Source: Lytechinus pictus (taxonomy: Eukaryota). Taken from it: a stretch of 64,000 nucleotides of DNA. The stretch lies in the NCBI RefSeq assembly GCF_037042905.1, contig NC_087251.1, forward strand, positions 3,598,001-3,662,000, in the 5' to 3' direction. A model generated the notes under the pieces. That model searched no databases. It worked only from the letters and a program-made list of their open reading frames with translations, and was not told the DNA's origin. Shown one piece after another: positions 13,601 to 24,299 of this stretch; position 1 is the first letter of the stretch; every line of letters starts with the position of its first letter. The position numbers and the translations under genes were made by a program.

Positions 13601-16600
13601 TGAAAATTTCCTTTATTACTATATGGATGCTTTTTGTTTTTGAATTAAATCCCAGGGAGGCATATTTTATGAGTAGATTGTGAAAAGGCATTTTTGTTAA
13701 ACTTTCTCCCTTAAGGATGTCAGATGGTTTAGTCTTCATGTACTTTTTTGTATTCATATTTAGTTGAAAGGAGGCTCCTATTTTGTGTTTCATATCCTCA
13801 AAAGTATTGACATCTTTGGTTATTATTTGTTATTCATCTCTATCAGAATACCCAGGTACCTGACTTTTCATAAACAAATGATTTACAAAGGATTAGAGGT
13901 TTGCAAGGCAAATGGAGTGGGAAAGATAAGATTTATGCTGATTTGCATACAAAACCAATTTGTAGCTTCATGGGGTAGTGGAGTGTGTGCCAGGTTGCAT
14001 TAACTAGGATTTCAATGCGGTCCCTTTTTCACCGAATATATTATTTTCTAATTGAACAATTACGTAGAAGCTATCTTTAAAAAGCCTACCCATCAAAAGG
14101 TGGTGTATTTAGCCATCAATCATACGAGTTGATCTCTAATTCTATGTTATTCATTGGATATTGTCTGTTACGAGAATATTGCTTACATACTTTACATGGA
14201 TGTGCACCATAAGTTCATCAGAATTAAGTCAGCAGGAACTCCTTATCTACATGTATCTATATAAACAGTAAAGTGATTGATTCTACTTATTGAAATTAAA
14301 TATTGAGTCATATTATTAAGAAGCAGATGTGAAAGAAAAAGACATTGGGTTGTTTTTTCATAGCAGTGGTTTAGTTAACCTTTGTTACTTTAGACGATAT
14401 TTAATAGAGTGCATGTAAAAAGTAAGTCATTAATGGTCAAGTCCACCCTAACAAAAAAGTTCATTTGAATAAATAGAGGAAAATCAAACAATCATAGGAC
14501 TGAAAATTTGATTAAAATTGAACTTTAAAAAATTTTAACTTATTTTCACACATGATTTGTGATATGCAAATTAAAGAGCTGGTGTCTCTCACTATTTGTG
14601 TTGTAAAAGTGTAAATATGAATTATTAAAAAATATTTCAATTTTTGCAGATTTTATAACAAAGAAACTTTAAATTATTAAATCACAATAAGTTTGACAAT
14701 GAAAATTCTAAACATTCAAATGATGAAACTAGACCATATATGATATACCAATTGATTTCATGGATGGTTTGTTACAGGTGGAGTCATTATTCAGGAGCAT
14801 TCAATGAGCATGGTGTTGGTAATACAGGTGTATCAGTAGGGGGTAGAAGACCAGTGAGTAGGCAACCATTTGGGGGTATGTCACAGCCCCATCTCAACCC
14901 TCTATTATCTATGAGTAGCTTGGGTAGCCCTAGTCAGGCATACAGGCAATCACCTGGTAGTAACATGTACCTTCACAGACAGGTGAGTCCATCCTATTTA
15001 TTATTAGTACACTGTTTACATCACAGTTGTTCAATTCTAAATAATCAATATTTTATTTGTCAGCTAAATTAGAAGGCAATAAATTAGAATTTTAAGAACT
15101 ATTATTTATTTTCCGATGACTTCTGAATGTTTCTAATTATTTCAAAAACTTTGCTGTAAGTAATTTGATGAGTTATCCCCTCTTTCCTCCCATTCTCAGT
15201 TACCCTTCCCCTAAAGTAGTCAGCACATTATGAGTGGTAGGGTTGAGGTTGATAATTGGGTCAATCATTAAACCAGAGAATTGCAAAATGATATTTTCAA
15301 GAAAACTGTCTCACATGCCCCCTGTGAGGGTAATAAAAAGAGGGAGTAATGTCACATGCACTCTACCATCATGTGACAATCAACCCGCCATTTTACAGGA
15401 TCTCTTTCATCGCTAATGTGGAAGTGAAAATTACTAATACCCAGTATTATGTGAATCATCTTCCTCCCTATACAAGTTTTTTTTTTCTCTATCTCTTCTC
15501 TCTTGCTCTCTCTCTCTTTAACTCTCTCTCTCTCTTTCCCGATCTGTATGTGAACTTGTCAGAACCGTCTGTTCTAGTTTACACCTCTGTGGTATGAAGG
15601 CTTTCAGCTGCTTGTGATATAAGTTCAAAGGCTGTCTGTCACTCATCCATTATTTTATCTCTGTCACACATTGTTCACGCTTGCATTTAAAGAAATAGCT
15701 CTCTTTCTTGTGGGGAGATTCACAAAGTTATGTTACATAAATCCAAATCTGTTCATCTGATTGAATAGCTTTACTAATTTAACTAACATGACTGTAGGCT
15801 GGTGACTAAATGAAATCCCAGGTACCCAAGTCCCGCCCAAGAGCTTCAGAAAATATAGCCTTTTTGCAAATATTGTATGGATTACTATGCATTCATGTCA
15901 CAAGGTGGGGCAGTTATGGCACACCCTGAAGACCAGTGGGTTATGATGGGGATTCCTTCCTGCTCCTGTGATCTAACAATAATTAGCTGGACCTAATCAT
16001 GCCAGACGGTCAGGTCTCACAATACATTATACATACAAAATATACATAAAAGGCAATGGAAGTTGAACGGAATGAGCTTTAAGTAAATGGCAATGGATAT
16101 TAGACAAAATCAGCTTTGAATTTTGATGAGAAATTGATATTCTTGAATAATTATTAAAGATGCCTATTCTGTATTAAAAGTTTCTGAATCATTCAACAAT
16201 TAGTCCTGCAATAACTTTTTTTTGTTTTCCTAATAAATAATGTATTTCTTGACCCCTCCCACGCCCCCCCCCCCCTCCCCCGAAAAAAAAAATGATCATG
16301 ATGCACATGAGTATGTTGCTGTAAGGAAAAGTTAGGTCAAGTTTTTCTCAAATTAACTACCAGACTAATGGAATTTGATATCAGACATGATTAAAATGCT
16401 GTAATGGGATAAGTTTCTACATCTTTGATATTTCAAAATTCTTGCTGTACATATGCATATGAATAATATTTGACGAGGTAGAGAAGGGCTTTGTAGATTT
16501 GACTTTATGAATATAATAAATATGCAAGGTATATTTAATAGTGTGGTGGTTATATGTGGATAAATTTGGTCATAGGCCTACATTTATTTAATGATAAAAT

Positions 16601-19600
16601 CAACATTATTCACTTTGGGGATTGACCAAACATGCCTCTGGAAAGAAAATGGCTTATTGAGAAAAAAATGAACCTACTTTGTAACCTCCTATATTATACG
16701 TACATATATATGCACATAACTGCATTAGCACCTATTTTAGAATAGTAAAAAAGTACATCATGATTATTCCTATTTGTACAAGTTTGTTTGATTTTGCTCT
16801 AAGTGACCTTGTGCCAAAGTGAAACTTGTACTTTTATAACATGAATTTTTCCACATTTTTTTATCGGTTCAACCAAAATTTTGAGATATTTCAAGTAACA
16901 CTATTGTAGTTGGGAAAGTACTTTTTTCTGTTAACACACCCTCAAAATGGCCTTGTAATATTTCACATACAGTTTACCTCTGCTAAGTACATCATTTGTC
17001 ATCTGAAATATGAAAAAAGAAATACTGATGATTTCCCTTTAAGTTGTGATAGAGAACTCGTGAGCAGCCACCCAGTGAGAATAGACAGGAAATGCACAGG
17101 GAACATGTGGAGACTAGAAAATGTGAAGTCTCATTAAATCATTATATTGAATATGATTTATTTCAAAGATAAGTGCAGTAGACTCATGAGTGGGAGAGAA
17201 AGTGAGAGAGATGGGGGGGGGGCTCAAAGTTTAATAGGAGGAAAGATGAAATTGCTGTATGACTGGGACGAGATTGAAAAAGAGAAACTATTTAGGATAT
17301 TTATGTAGAGAATACATGCATTTATGTCATGACAATTGTCTTTAATTGTGAATTACAATGTAGAAGCATAAAATGTATTTTGTTGTATTCTCAGCATAAA
17401 CAATGAAGACAAAGCTTTGATAAAATATGTAGTGTATATTTCATCATTTTTTGCATACTGATATGCCTAACATGCTGGAGAAATTTGAGCTTTGACTTGA
17501 AACTATAGTTTGTATTGATGTTAGACTTGTTTTTTTTTTTCGATGACATTTTGTATTTTTCTATGAATATAAAAAAGTTTGTTTTCTAATTGTATTGTAT
17601 AGTCTCTTGGAGGAAACCCTCATTCCATGGTACAGAGGACAAAATCAGCCCCTAACCACCGACGTTCATCGCAACCAGCCCCGCCCACCTACTCACCACA
17701 ACATCCACCCTTAACCAGGGTAGAAACACCTCTTCACTCCCTGGGGGAACCAGACATCACAGATAGATTAGAGATGCTGTGTAGGAGTGTGACGGAGCAT
17801 GCATTAGGTCAGGATACAGTCCCCCTTCTAATTTTAGATTTACTGTAAGGAAGGCCTCATGCATATATGTGTTAATCTCATAATGTGACTGTGTCTGTCT
17901 GGGTTTGTCTTTGCCGCAGGCTTTGACTTTATTATTTTTTTCAGTCAGTTCATTCTAAAATATGCAAAATTTTATAGGTAACCCTGTTGGATACTGTTTA
18001 TATTTTGACTAACAGTTCATTCCATCTGGATTCACCCAGTGGTTGCACCCAACCCTCTCAGTTTTTGTTATAATTTGGTACACATAAAATTCTCCATGGC
18101 CCAAGCACAAAACAAAAAAAAATTAGTCCAATCGGTCAGTCGGTTCTCGCGCTACGGCCCGCCCTTTTCTCCTTGTTTTGACAAAAATGGGTGTGACCTT
18201 CAACTTTCAATGGCCATTGCGTCGTAACGTGTTGACCAATTTTCACGAAACTGGTACTATTCAAAAGGAAATTCAGAGAGGAATCCAAAACATGCATCAA
18301 ATAATGTATTGGAGCGATTTATAAGGTCATGACCTTTGACCTTGAGTTTGACCCCCGGACAAATAATTTTTGAACTTGATTTTCGTGTATGTTAATTATT
18401 AGGTTGATATTGACAAAATATGTTAAAACCAATGATGATATTTTATTCCTTCACCTTTTAAAACTCTTCCAAAGATACCAATTATCTGATCTGAAATTTC
18501 ACTCTAGTCCCATATACTGATAACCATGTTAGTAAAGTGTTTACCAGTCCCATGATATATGATTTCTTCCAATCTTAAGTTACAGTATGCAAACAGATGA
18601 AAAGAAATTAAGCTTATCAGTTGATAAATGAAACATTAAACATTTATGCTTATGAATACATGTAGGTACCTGTTTAGGCATTTTGATATTGGACGAATAT
18701 ATAAAAACTAAAAAACTGCTGGGAACTGCAATATCCTGCTTTCTAGTCAGCTGTACTCCCCCAAAGTGAAAACACCCTTGAGATCCTTGAAGCATCAGCA
18801 TTGGATATGTTCTTTATAATGATGATGCTAGAGATGGATGATCAATTGGACAGATAATATTGTATCTAGCTATCCAGCAGGTATCCTTTTCACTGCCTCC
18901 CCATTGAAAAAAGACAGTATCTAAATATTGCACAAGTTGAGATATTAAGCATTTTTTGTTTTTCCAAAGCTGCTCAAAACTATTTTATTTCTTAGTATTT
19001 TTTTATCATCAAATTGTTGAGTATATATGTTCCTATTTAAGGCTCCCAAAACAAATATCTTGTTTCTTTTTTTTTATAGATATTGAAGAGATGTACCGTA
19101 GATAGGCCTACTCTGGGAAAGTCAAAGCGAATGCTTGGTTTCTCCATGGAAAAACGCAGTACATGTATCTACAGATGGACCAGAATTCCATTCAGTTTTA
19201 TTATCACTTGCTTCATTACCATGAAATAATGTGTCATTGTGTATTTCAAGGGGAAAATAATACCTTAGATACACAGAGGGCCCCCTGATAACATTGAGTT
19301 TAATTATCATGTTCTTCATCTGTGGGTACTGCATTTTTCCATGGGAAACTGAGTATTTGCTTTTCTACATTTACACCAATATCTCAAAACATAACAACAC
19401 AATTTATATGGGGGGTTTTGGCCTGAAAAAGGCATTCTACATTTTGATGAAAAAGGAATAGAGAAATAAAATAGTATGGAGCGACTACATGTAGTAAAAA
19501 AAAAAAATGCTTAATATCTTATCTTGTGCAAAATGTAGAAACTGCATTTTGCCGATTACTTGAAAGTTGCTTTTCAGAAGCAATTAGGAAAACTGGATGT

Positions 19601-22600
19601 GTCTTGTGAAAAAAAGTGGCTTACTGACTACTTTCTGAAAAAATAAAAATTGAAAAAAAAAAGTCAGACACTGCGTTCTTCCATAGGGGTGCAGTGTAAA
19701 GATGGATAAATGTACCTGCTGGATAGTTAGAAACAATATTATCTCTCCAGTCGATCATCCATCTCTAACATCATCAAGAATGTATGATGCTTCAAGGATC
19801 TGAAGGATGTATCCACTTTGGGGGAGTACAGCTTACTAGAAAGCAGGATATTGCAGTTTTCTAATAATGAGTTGATATACACTACTCAAAAAAAGTTAAG
19901 GACCACTTTTTAAAACGTACATAAAGATTTTATACAAGGTGTTTTATTTCTGGAAATACCTCAGTACAACTGTCCTAAATGTCCTTAAACACGCTGTAAT
20001 CAATTTCACGCATGGGTGGTTTCAGTTGTTGCACAATGTCTCTCGCATCACTGCACATCCTGAAAAGTGGGCCCCGAGGGGTATCAGCTACCGACATGAA
20101 GTGGTAAAAACGAATGTCTGAGTGTCTTTCAGGCAGTTCAGTAACGAGTGTAACGAGTGTGACCACCTCCTGCAGCAATAACGGCTTCACAGCGCTGTCT
20201 CATGGAGCTGATGAGGCGATTGATGTCTCTGACGTCCAGTGCATCCCATGCAGCCTCCAGAGCCACACCCAGCTGCTGCAGTCCAAGTGGATGGGCTTCG
20301 AGCTGCTCGAGACTCCTCCCCATCATGTCCCAGACGTGCTCTATCGGGTTTAAGTCCGGGGACCTCGCTGGCCACTCCATACGCTCAATCCCCTGGCCCT
20401 CAAGGAACTCGGTCACCACCCTAGCTCGGTGGGCACGGGCATTGTCATCCATGAAAATGATGTTTTGTCCCACATTTTCTGCAAATGGCACCACTATAGG
20501 TTCAAGGACCTCATCCCTGTACCTCACTCCTGTCATTGCTCCCCCTGGGACCACGTAGAGACGAGTACGGTTGGCGTAGGTGATGCCTCCCCACACCATG
20601 ACGCTGCCTCCCCCATAACGGTCATGTTCTGCAATACAGGGGTCTGCAAATCTCTCTCCTGGTTGCCTCCAGACTCTCGAACGTCCATCATTGTGGTCAA
20701 GGGAAAATCTGCTCTCATCTGTGAACAGAACTCTACGCCATTGCTGTCTGGTCCATCTGACATGCTCCCGGGCCCAGTTGAGACGAATTCTTCTGTGAGC
20801 AGGGGTGAGTGGGACACACTGAGCTGGCCGTCTGGCATGCATATTGGCTCTGTGAAGTCGGTTACGGATTGTTTGAGTGGAAACAATCACTCCAGTTGCT
20901 GCAGCGAAGTCATTGTTGAGGCGGCGTGCACTGTGAAAGCGGTTGCGGAGGCTGAGATTCGTCAAGTAGCGATCATCTCTAGGGGTTGTCGAAACTGGTC
21001 GGCCACTGCGGGGTCTCTCGGAGTATAGCCCTGTCTCTCGGTGTCTTTGATTTGCTCTGCTAATGACACTGTGTGACACGCCCATCATTCTGGCTACTCT
21101 TCGCTGACTGAGGCCAGCTCCAGCATCCCTAGGGCTCTGGCTACATCTGTTTCACCCGAATATGGCTGTCTTGAATCTCCTCAAACACCCTGTAACAATT
21201 TCACACATGGGTGGTTTCAGTTGTTGCATGATGTCTCTCGCATTATTGCATATCCTGAAAAGTGGGCCCATTGTGAAGTGGTACAAATGTGGATTCAAAT
21301 GCATTTTCTGTCTTTAGTCTCTACAATCAACAAATTGCTGACAACAGCAATGCCAAGATACAGCTGTCCAGAATGCCATCAAACACAATGACATCAATTT
21401 CACACATGCAGTTCTTTCATGATGTCTCTGGCATCATTGCAGTGGGCCATAAGACAAGTGTCTTCCAAAGCATTTTCCGTCTTAAGTCTGTACAATCAAC
21501 AACTTGCCTACAACAGCAATGCCAAGACACCACCTAAGTGAAACAGATGTAGCCAGAGCCCTAGGGATGCTGGAAGCTGGCCTCAGTCAGCGAAGAGTAG
21601 CCAGAATGATGGGCGTGTCACACAGTGTCATTAGCAGAGCAAATCAAAGACACCGAGAGACAGGGCTATACTCCGAGAGACCCCGCAGTGGCCGACCAGT
21701 TTCGACAACCCCTAGAGATGATCGCTACTTGACGAATCTCAGCCTCCGCAACCGCTTTCACAGTGCACGCCGCCTCAACAATGACTTCGCTGCAGCAACT
21801 GGAGTGATTGTTTCCACTCAAACAATCCGTAACCGACTTCACAGAGCCAATATGCATGCCAGACGGCCAGCTCAGTGTGTCCCACTCACCCCTGCTCACA
21901 GAAGAATTCGTCTCAACTGGGCCCGGGAGCATGTCAGATGGACCAGACAGCAATGGCGTAGAGTTCTGTTCACAGATGAGAGCAGATTTTCCCTTGACCA
22001 CAATGATGGACGTTCGAGAGTCTGGAGGCGACCAGGAGAGAGATTTGCAGACCCCTGTATTGCAGAACATGACCGTTATGGGGGAGGCAGCGTCATGGTG
22101 TGGGGAGGCATCACCTACGCCAACCGTACTCGTCTCTACGTGGTCCCAGGGGGAGCAATGACAGGAGTGAGGTACAGGGATGAGGTCCTTGAACCTATAG
22201 TGGTGCCATTTGCAGAAAATGTGGGACAAAACATCATTTTCATGGATGACAATGCCCGTGCCCACCGAGCTAGGGTGGTGACCGAGTTCCTTGAGGGCCA
22301 GGGGATTGAGCGTATGGAGTGGCCAGCGAGGTCCCCGGACTTAAACCCGATAGAGCACGTCTGGGACATGATGGGGAGGAGTCTCGAGCAGCTCGAAGCC
22401 CATCCACTTGGACTGCAGCAGCTGGGTGTGGCTCTGGAGGCTGCATGGGATGCACTGGACGTCAGAGACATCAATCGCCTCATCAGCTCCATGAGACAGC
22501 GCTGTGAAGCCGTTATTGCTGCAGGAGGTGGTCACACTCGTTACACTCGTTACTGAACTGCCTGAAAGACACTCAGACATTCGTTTTTACCACTTCATGT

Positions 22601-24299
22601 CGGTAGCTGATACCCCTCGGGGCCCACTTTTCAGGATGTGCAGTGATGCGAGAGACATTGTGCAACAACTGAAACCACCCATGCGTGAAATTGATTACAG
22701 CGTGTTTAAGGACATTTAGGACAGTTGTACTGAGGTATTTCCAGAAATAAAACACCTTGTATAAAATCTTTATGTACGTTTTAAAAAGTGGTCCTTAACT
22801 TTTTTTGAGTAGTGTATATTGCCCAACATCAAAATGCCAAAACAGATACCTATTCATGAGCATAAATGTTCAATGTTTCATTTGTTAACCGATGAGCTTA
22901 ATTTCTTAACATCTGTTTGCATACTGTAACTTAAGATTGGAAGAAATCATGTATCATTGGACTGGTAAACACTTTACTAACATGAATATCAGTATTTGGG
23001 ACTAAAGTGAAATTTCAGATCAGATAATTGGTATTTTTGGAAGAGTTTTAAAAGGTGAAGGAATAAAATATCATCATTGGTTTTAACATATTTTGTCAAT
23101 ATCATACTAATAATTAACATACACGAAAATCAAGTTAAAAAATTATTTGTCCGGGGGTCAAACTCAAGGTCAAAGTAAAGGTCAAAGGTCATGACCTTAT
23201 AAATTGCCCCAATACATTATTTGATGCTTGTTTTGGATTCCTCTCTGATTTTCCTTATGAATGGTACCAGTTTCGTGAAAATTGGTCAACAAGTTACGAC
23301 GCAATGGCCATTGAAAGTTGAAGGTCATGCCCATTTTTGTCAAAACAAGGAGAAAAGGGCAGGCCGTAGCGCGAGAACCGATGGACCGATTGGACTAATT
23401 TTTTTGTTTTGTGCTTGGGCCATGGGGAATTTTATGTGTACCAAATTACAACAAATTCTGAGAGGGTCGGTGCAAAATTGCACATTCATTGGGTGAATTG
23501 GCATGGAATGACCCTAACATAGAATGCTACTATTTTTGGCATATTCCAATCAACTATCATTAAATATGTCTGTTTTAATACTGTGTAAATATTATTCAGT
23601 TTCTAATTATATATTGCTTGAAATGTTCCTCATTGAGTAGTACCTGTTGATATAAAACAATTTATTTCTTTGAGATGAAGAAATGTGTTTTAGAGAAATT
23701 CTTGGACCTTTTTAAAACAAAATGAATAAATACATATTCTTGTGTGATTCAGAGAAATGATAAAATTAAAAAAATTTGTATATTTTCACAATGTGAAACT
23801 GATGCATATTTCATTTAATTCATTATATATGTATTTATATTTTATTTAAAATATGTATGTTGTGAAAAGGTATGATTGCCTCAATATTCAGTCTTTACTT
23901 TTCAAGATACTGATATTTTCCAAATCCAATTCCCTCTTTTTCAGAAGAAACTGTACCACTTGGAGAAGAAATCGATGTCTGAAAAAGTATAGATGAATAT
24001 CAATGATTTAGCATTTGGGGTGATTTGTTCATGTTTATTGATAATAAGTTCATGCTCTTTGGGACTAAATAAAGACTGCTTCATATCCGCCACTAAAAGG
24101 TTAAGGGAAATTGAATAAATCATCATCAGAGAATAAGAGGCATAATGTTCTTGTGATCACTTGGCTCTCTGAAAGCATTTACATGGATGTGCAACATTCA
24201 TCAATTCCATGTTATTTCATTGTCATTTTTCATTCTTTCACATTCTTGATCTTTTGTACAGATGAAGCAGATCACAATGGAGAAATATCAAGACATTGA
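4067..24299 (+). CDS. SAMD4: Smaug homolog (SAMD4A/B family; SAM + PHAT RNA-binding translational repressor), 5'-partial. join(4067-4630,5260-5319,6487-6596,7136-7222,8233-8488,12927-13128,14778-14982,17603-17807,24262-24299)
   Basis: All introns are GT-AG and the frame is continuous (1727 nt, phase-1 start). Motifs match SAMD4/Smaug: [104 protein letters not shown]. The first coding exon was not found in the window. Confidence 0.95.
4657..4802. mobile_element. Small GC-rich palindromic MITE-like element with internal subrepeats
   Basis: CACCTTCCCGCACAAAGGCCGTT is inverted against AACGGCCTTTGTGCAGGAAAGCG; two forward and two reverse subunits. Confidence 0.7.
5260..5319 (+). CDS. SAMD4: Smaug exon ([12 protein letters not shown])
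   Basis: tttcag|AAG...AAAG|gtgagc; 60 bp, in frame. Confidence 0.9.
6487..6596 (+). CDS. SAMD4: Smaug exon, SAM domain first half
   Basis: [41 protein letters not shown] bounded. Confidence 0.97.
6625..6836. repeat. Degenerate (ATC/GAT)n microsatellite
   Basis: Runs of GAT and CAT triplets. Confidence 0.85.
7136..7222 (+). CDS. SAMD4: Smaug exon, SAM domain second half
   Basis: [33 protein letters not shown] bounded. Confidence 0.97.
8233..8488 (+). CDS. SAMD4: Smaug exon (PHAT region start)
   Basis: DIMSTG...[13 protein letters not shown]; ctacag| ... |gtaagt. Confidence 0.93.
9989..10194. mobile_element. Degenerate MITE with internal telomere-like TAACCC units
   Basis: Imperfect inverted ends (GGTTCCATGACATCTGTTCTGGCGACAATT / AATTATCACAGGAGCAAAGGTTGTGTCACC); internal CTAACCCTAACCCT. 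Confidence 0.5.
10415..10697. mobile_element. MITE, imperfect TIRs
   Basis: AACCCATATTCTAAAGTTGGGTTTAA is inverted against TTAAATCCGAATTTAGAATACAGGTC. Confidence 0.55.
12927..13128 (+). CDS. SAMD4: Smaug exon (PHAT region)
   Basis: [46 protein letters not shown] bounded. Confidence 0.95.
14430..14700 (+). repeat. Dispersed non-autonomous DNA-transposon fragment (same family as 46833-47035)
   Basis: Both sites share GGTCAAGTCCACC...TTTGAAT.AATAG...AAAATCA.ACAA...CTGAAAATTT. Confidence 0.6.
14778..14982 (+). CDS. SAMD4: Smaug exon (low-complexity S/G/P/Q region)
   Basis: ttacag|G TGG AGT...CAG|gtgagt; phases match both neighbours. Confidence 0.85.
17603..17807 (+). CDS. SAMD4: Smaug exon (conserved C-terminal motif)
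   Basis: VQRTKSAP...[18 protein letters not shown]. Confidence 0.92.
20138..21155 (-). pseudogene. Inverted, 5'-truncated, frameshifted copy of the Tc1 transposase
   Basis: Matches the + copy except loss of the first ~6 codons, a 1-bp deletion near 21120 and one R->Q change. A 316-aa ORF from an internal Met remains. Confidence 0.9.
21519..22556 (+). CDS. Tc1 transposase, DD34E, 345 aa, apparently intact
   Basis: N-terminal HTH, RSGRP linker, [38 protein letters not shown]; 34 residues between D and E. Confidence 0.97.
   Translation: MPRHHLSETDVARALGMLEAGLSQRRVARMMGVSHSVISRANQRHRETGLYSERPRSGRPVSTTPRDDRYLTNLSLRNRFHSARRLNNDFAAATGVIVSTQTIRNRLHRANMHARRPAQCVPLTPAHRRIRLNWAREHVRWTRQQWRRVLFTDESRFSLDHNDGRSRVWRRPGERFADPCIAEHDRYGGGSVMVWGGITYANRTRLYVVPGGAMTGVRYRDEVLEPIVVPFAENVGQNIIFMDDNARAHRARVVTEFLEGQGIERMEWPARSPDLNPIEHVWDMMGRSLEQLEAHPLGLQQLGVALEAAWDALDVRDINRLISSMRQRCEAVIAAGGGHTRYTRY
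24262..24299 (+). CDS. SAMD4: Probable terminal Smaug coding exon ([12 protein letters not shown])
   Basis: Pyrimidine tract + tacag acceptor; phase matches GCA TTA G|gtcagg. Vertebrate SAMD4 also has a short tail after EHAL. Confidence 0.7.

Larger units (their letters stand above)
19880..22814. mobile_element. Tc1-family transposon with ~1.28-kb inverted arms and TA target duplication
   Basis: TA|CACTACTCAAAAAAAGTTAAGG ... CCTTAACTTTTTTTGAGTAGTG|TA. Arms are 19880-21155 and 21538-22814. Confidence 0.97.
18014..23514. mobile_element. Older non-coding foldback (long inverted repeat) element, ~2.56 kb without the nested Tc1
   Basis: Left arm ~18014-19180 is the diverged reverse complement of ~19315-19877 plus 22815-23514. 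The right end reads ATGGAATGACCC. Confidence 0.9.

Noticed and set aside
15830..16010. Extra Smaug exon
   Set aside because: It is slightly GC-richer, but the frames I checked hit stops, and the flanking exons already join in phase.
19939..22755. The many overlapping ORFs in mirrored pairs (199, 118, 117, 79, 71 aa etc.)
   Set aside because: They are alternative-frame or antisense shadows of the GC-rich transposase sequence, doubled by the palindrome.
19880..22814. Two independent head-to-head Tc1 insertions, or a pure read fold-back artefact
   Set aside because: There is one TA duplication, the host element is continuous on both sides, the spacer is asymmetric with no intact inner TIRs, and the arms differ at two sites. 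An artefact is disfavoured but still needs read-level confirmation.
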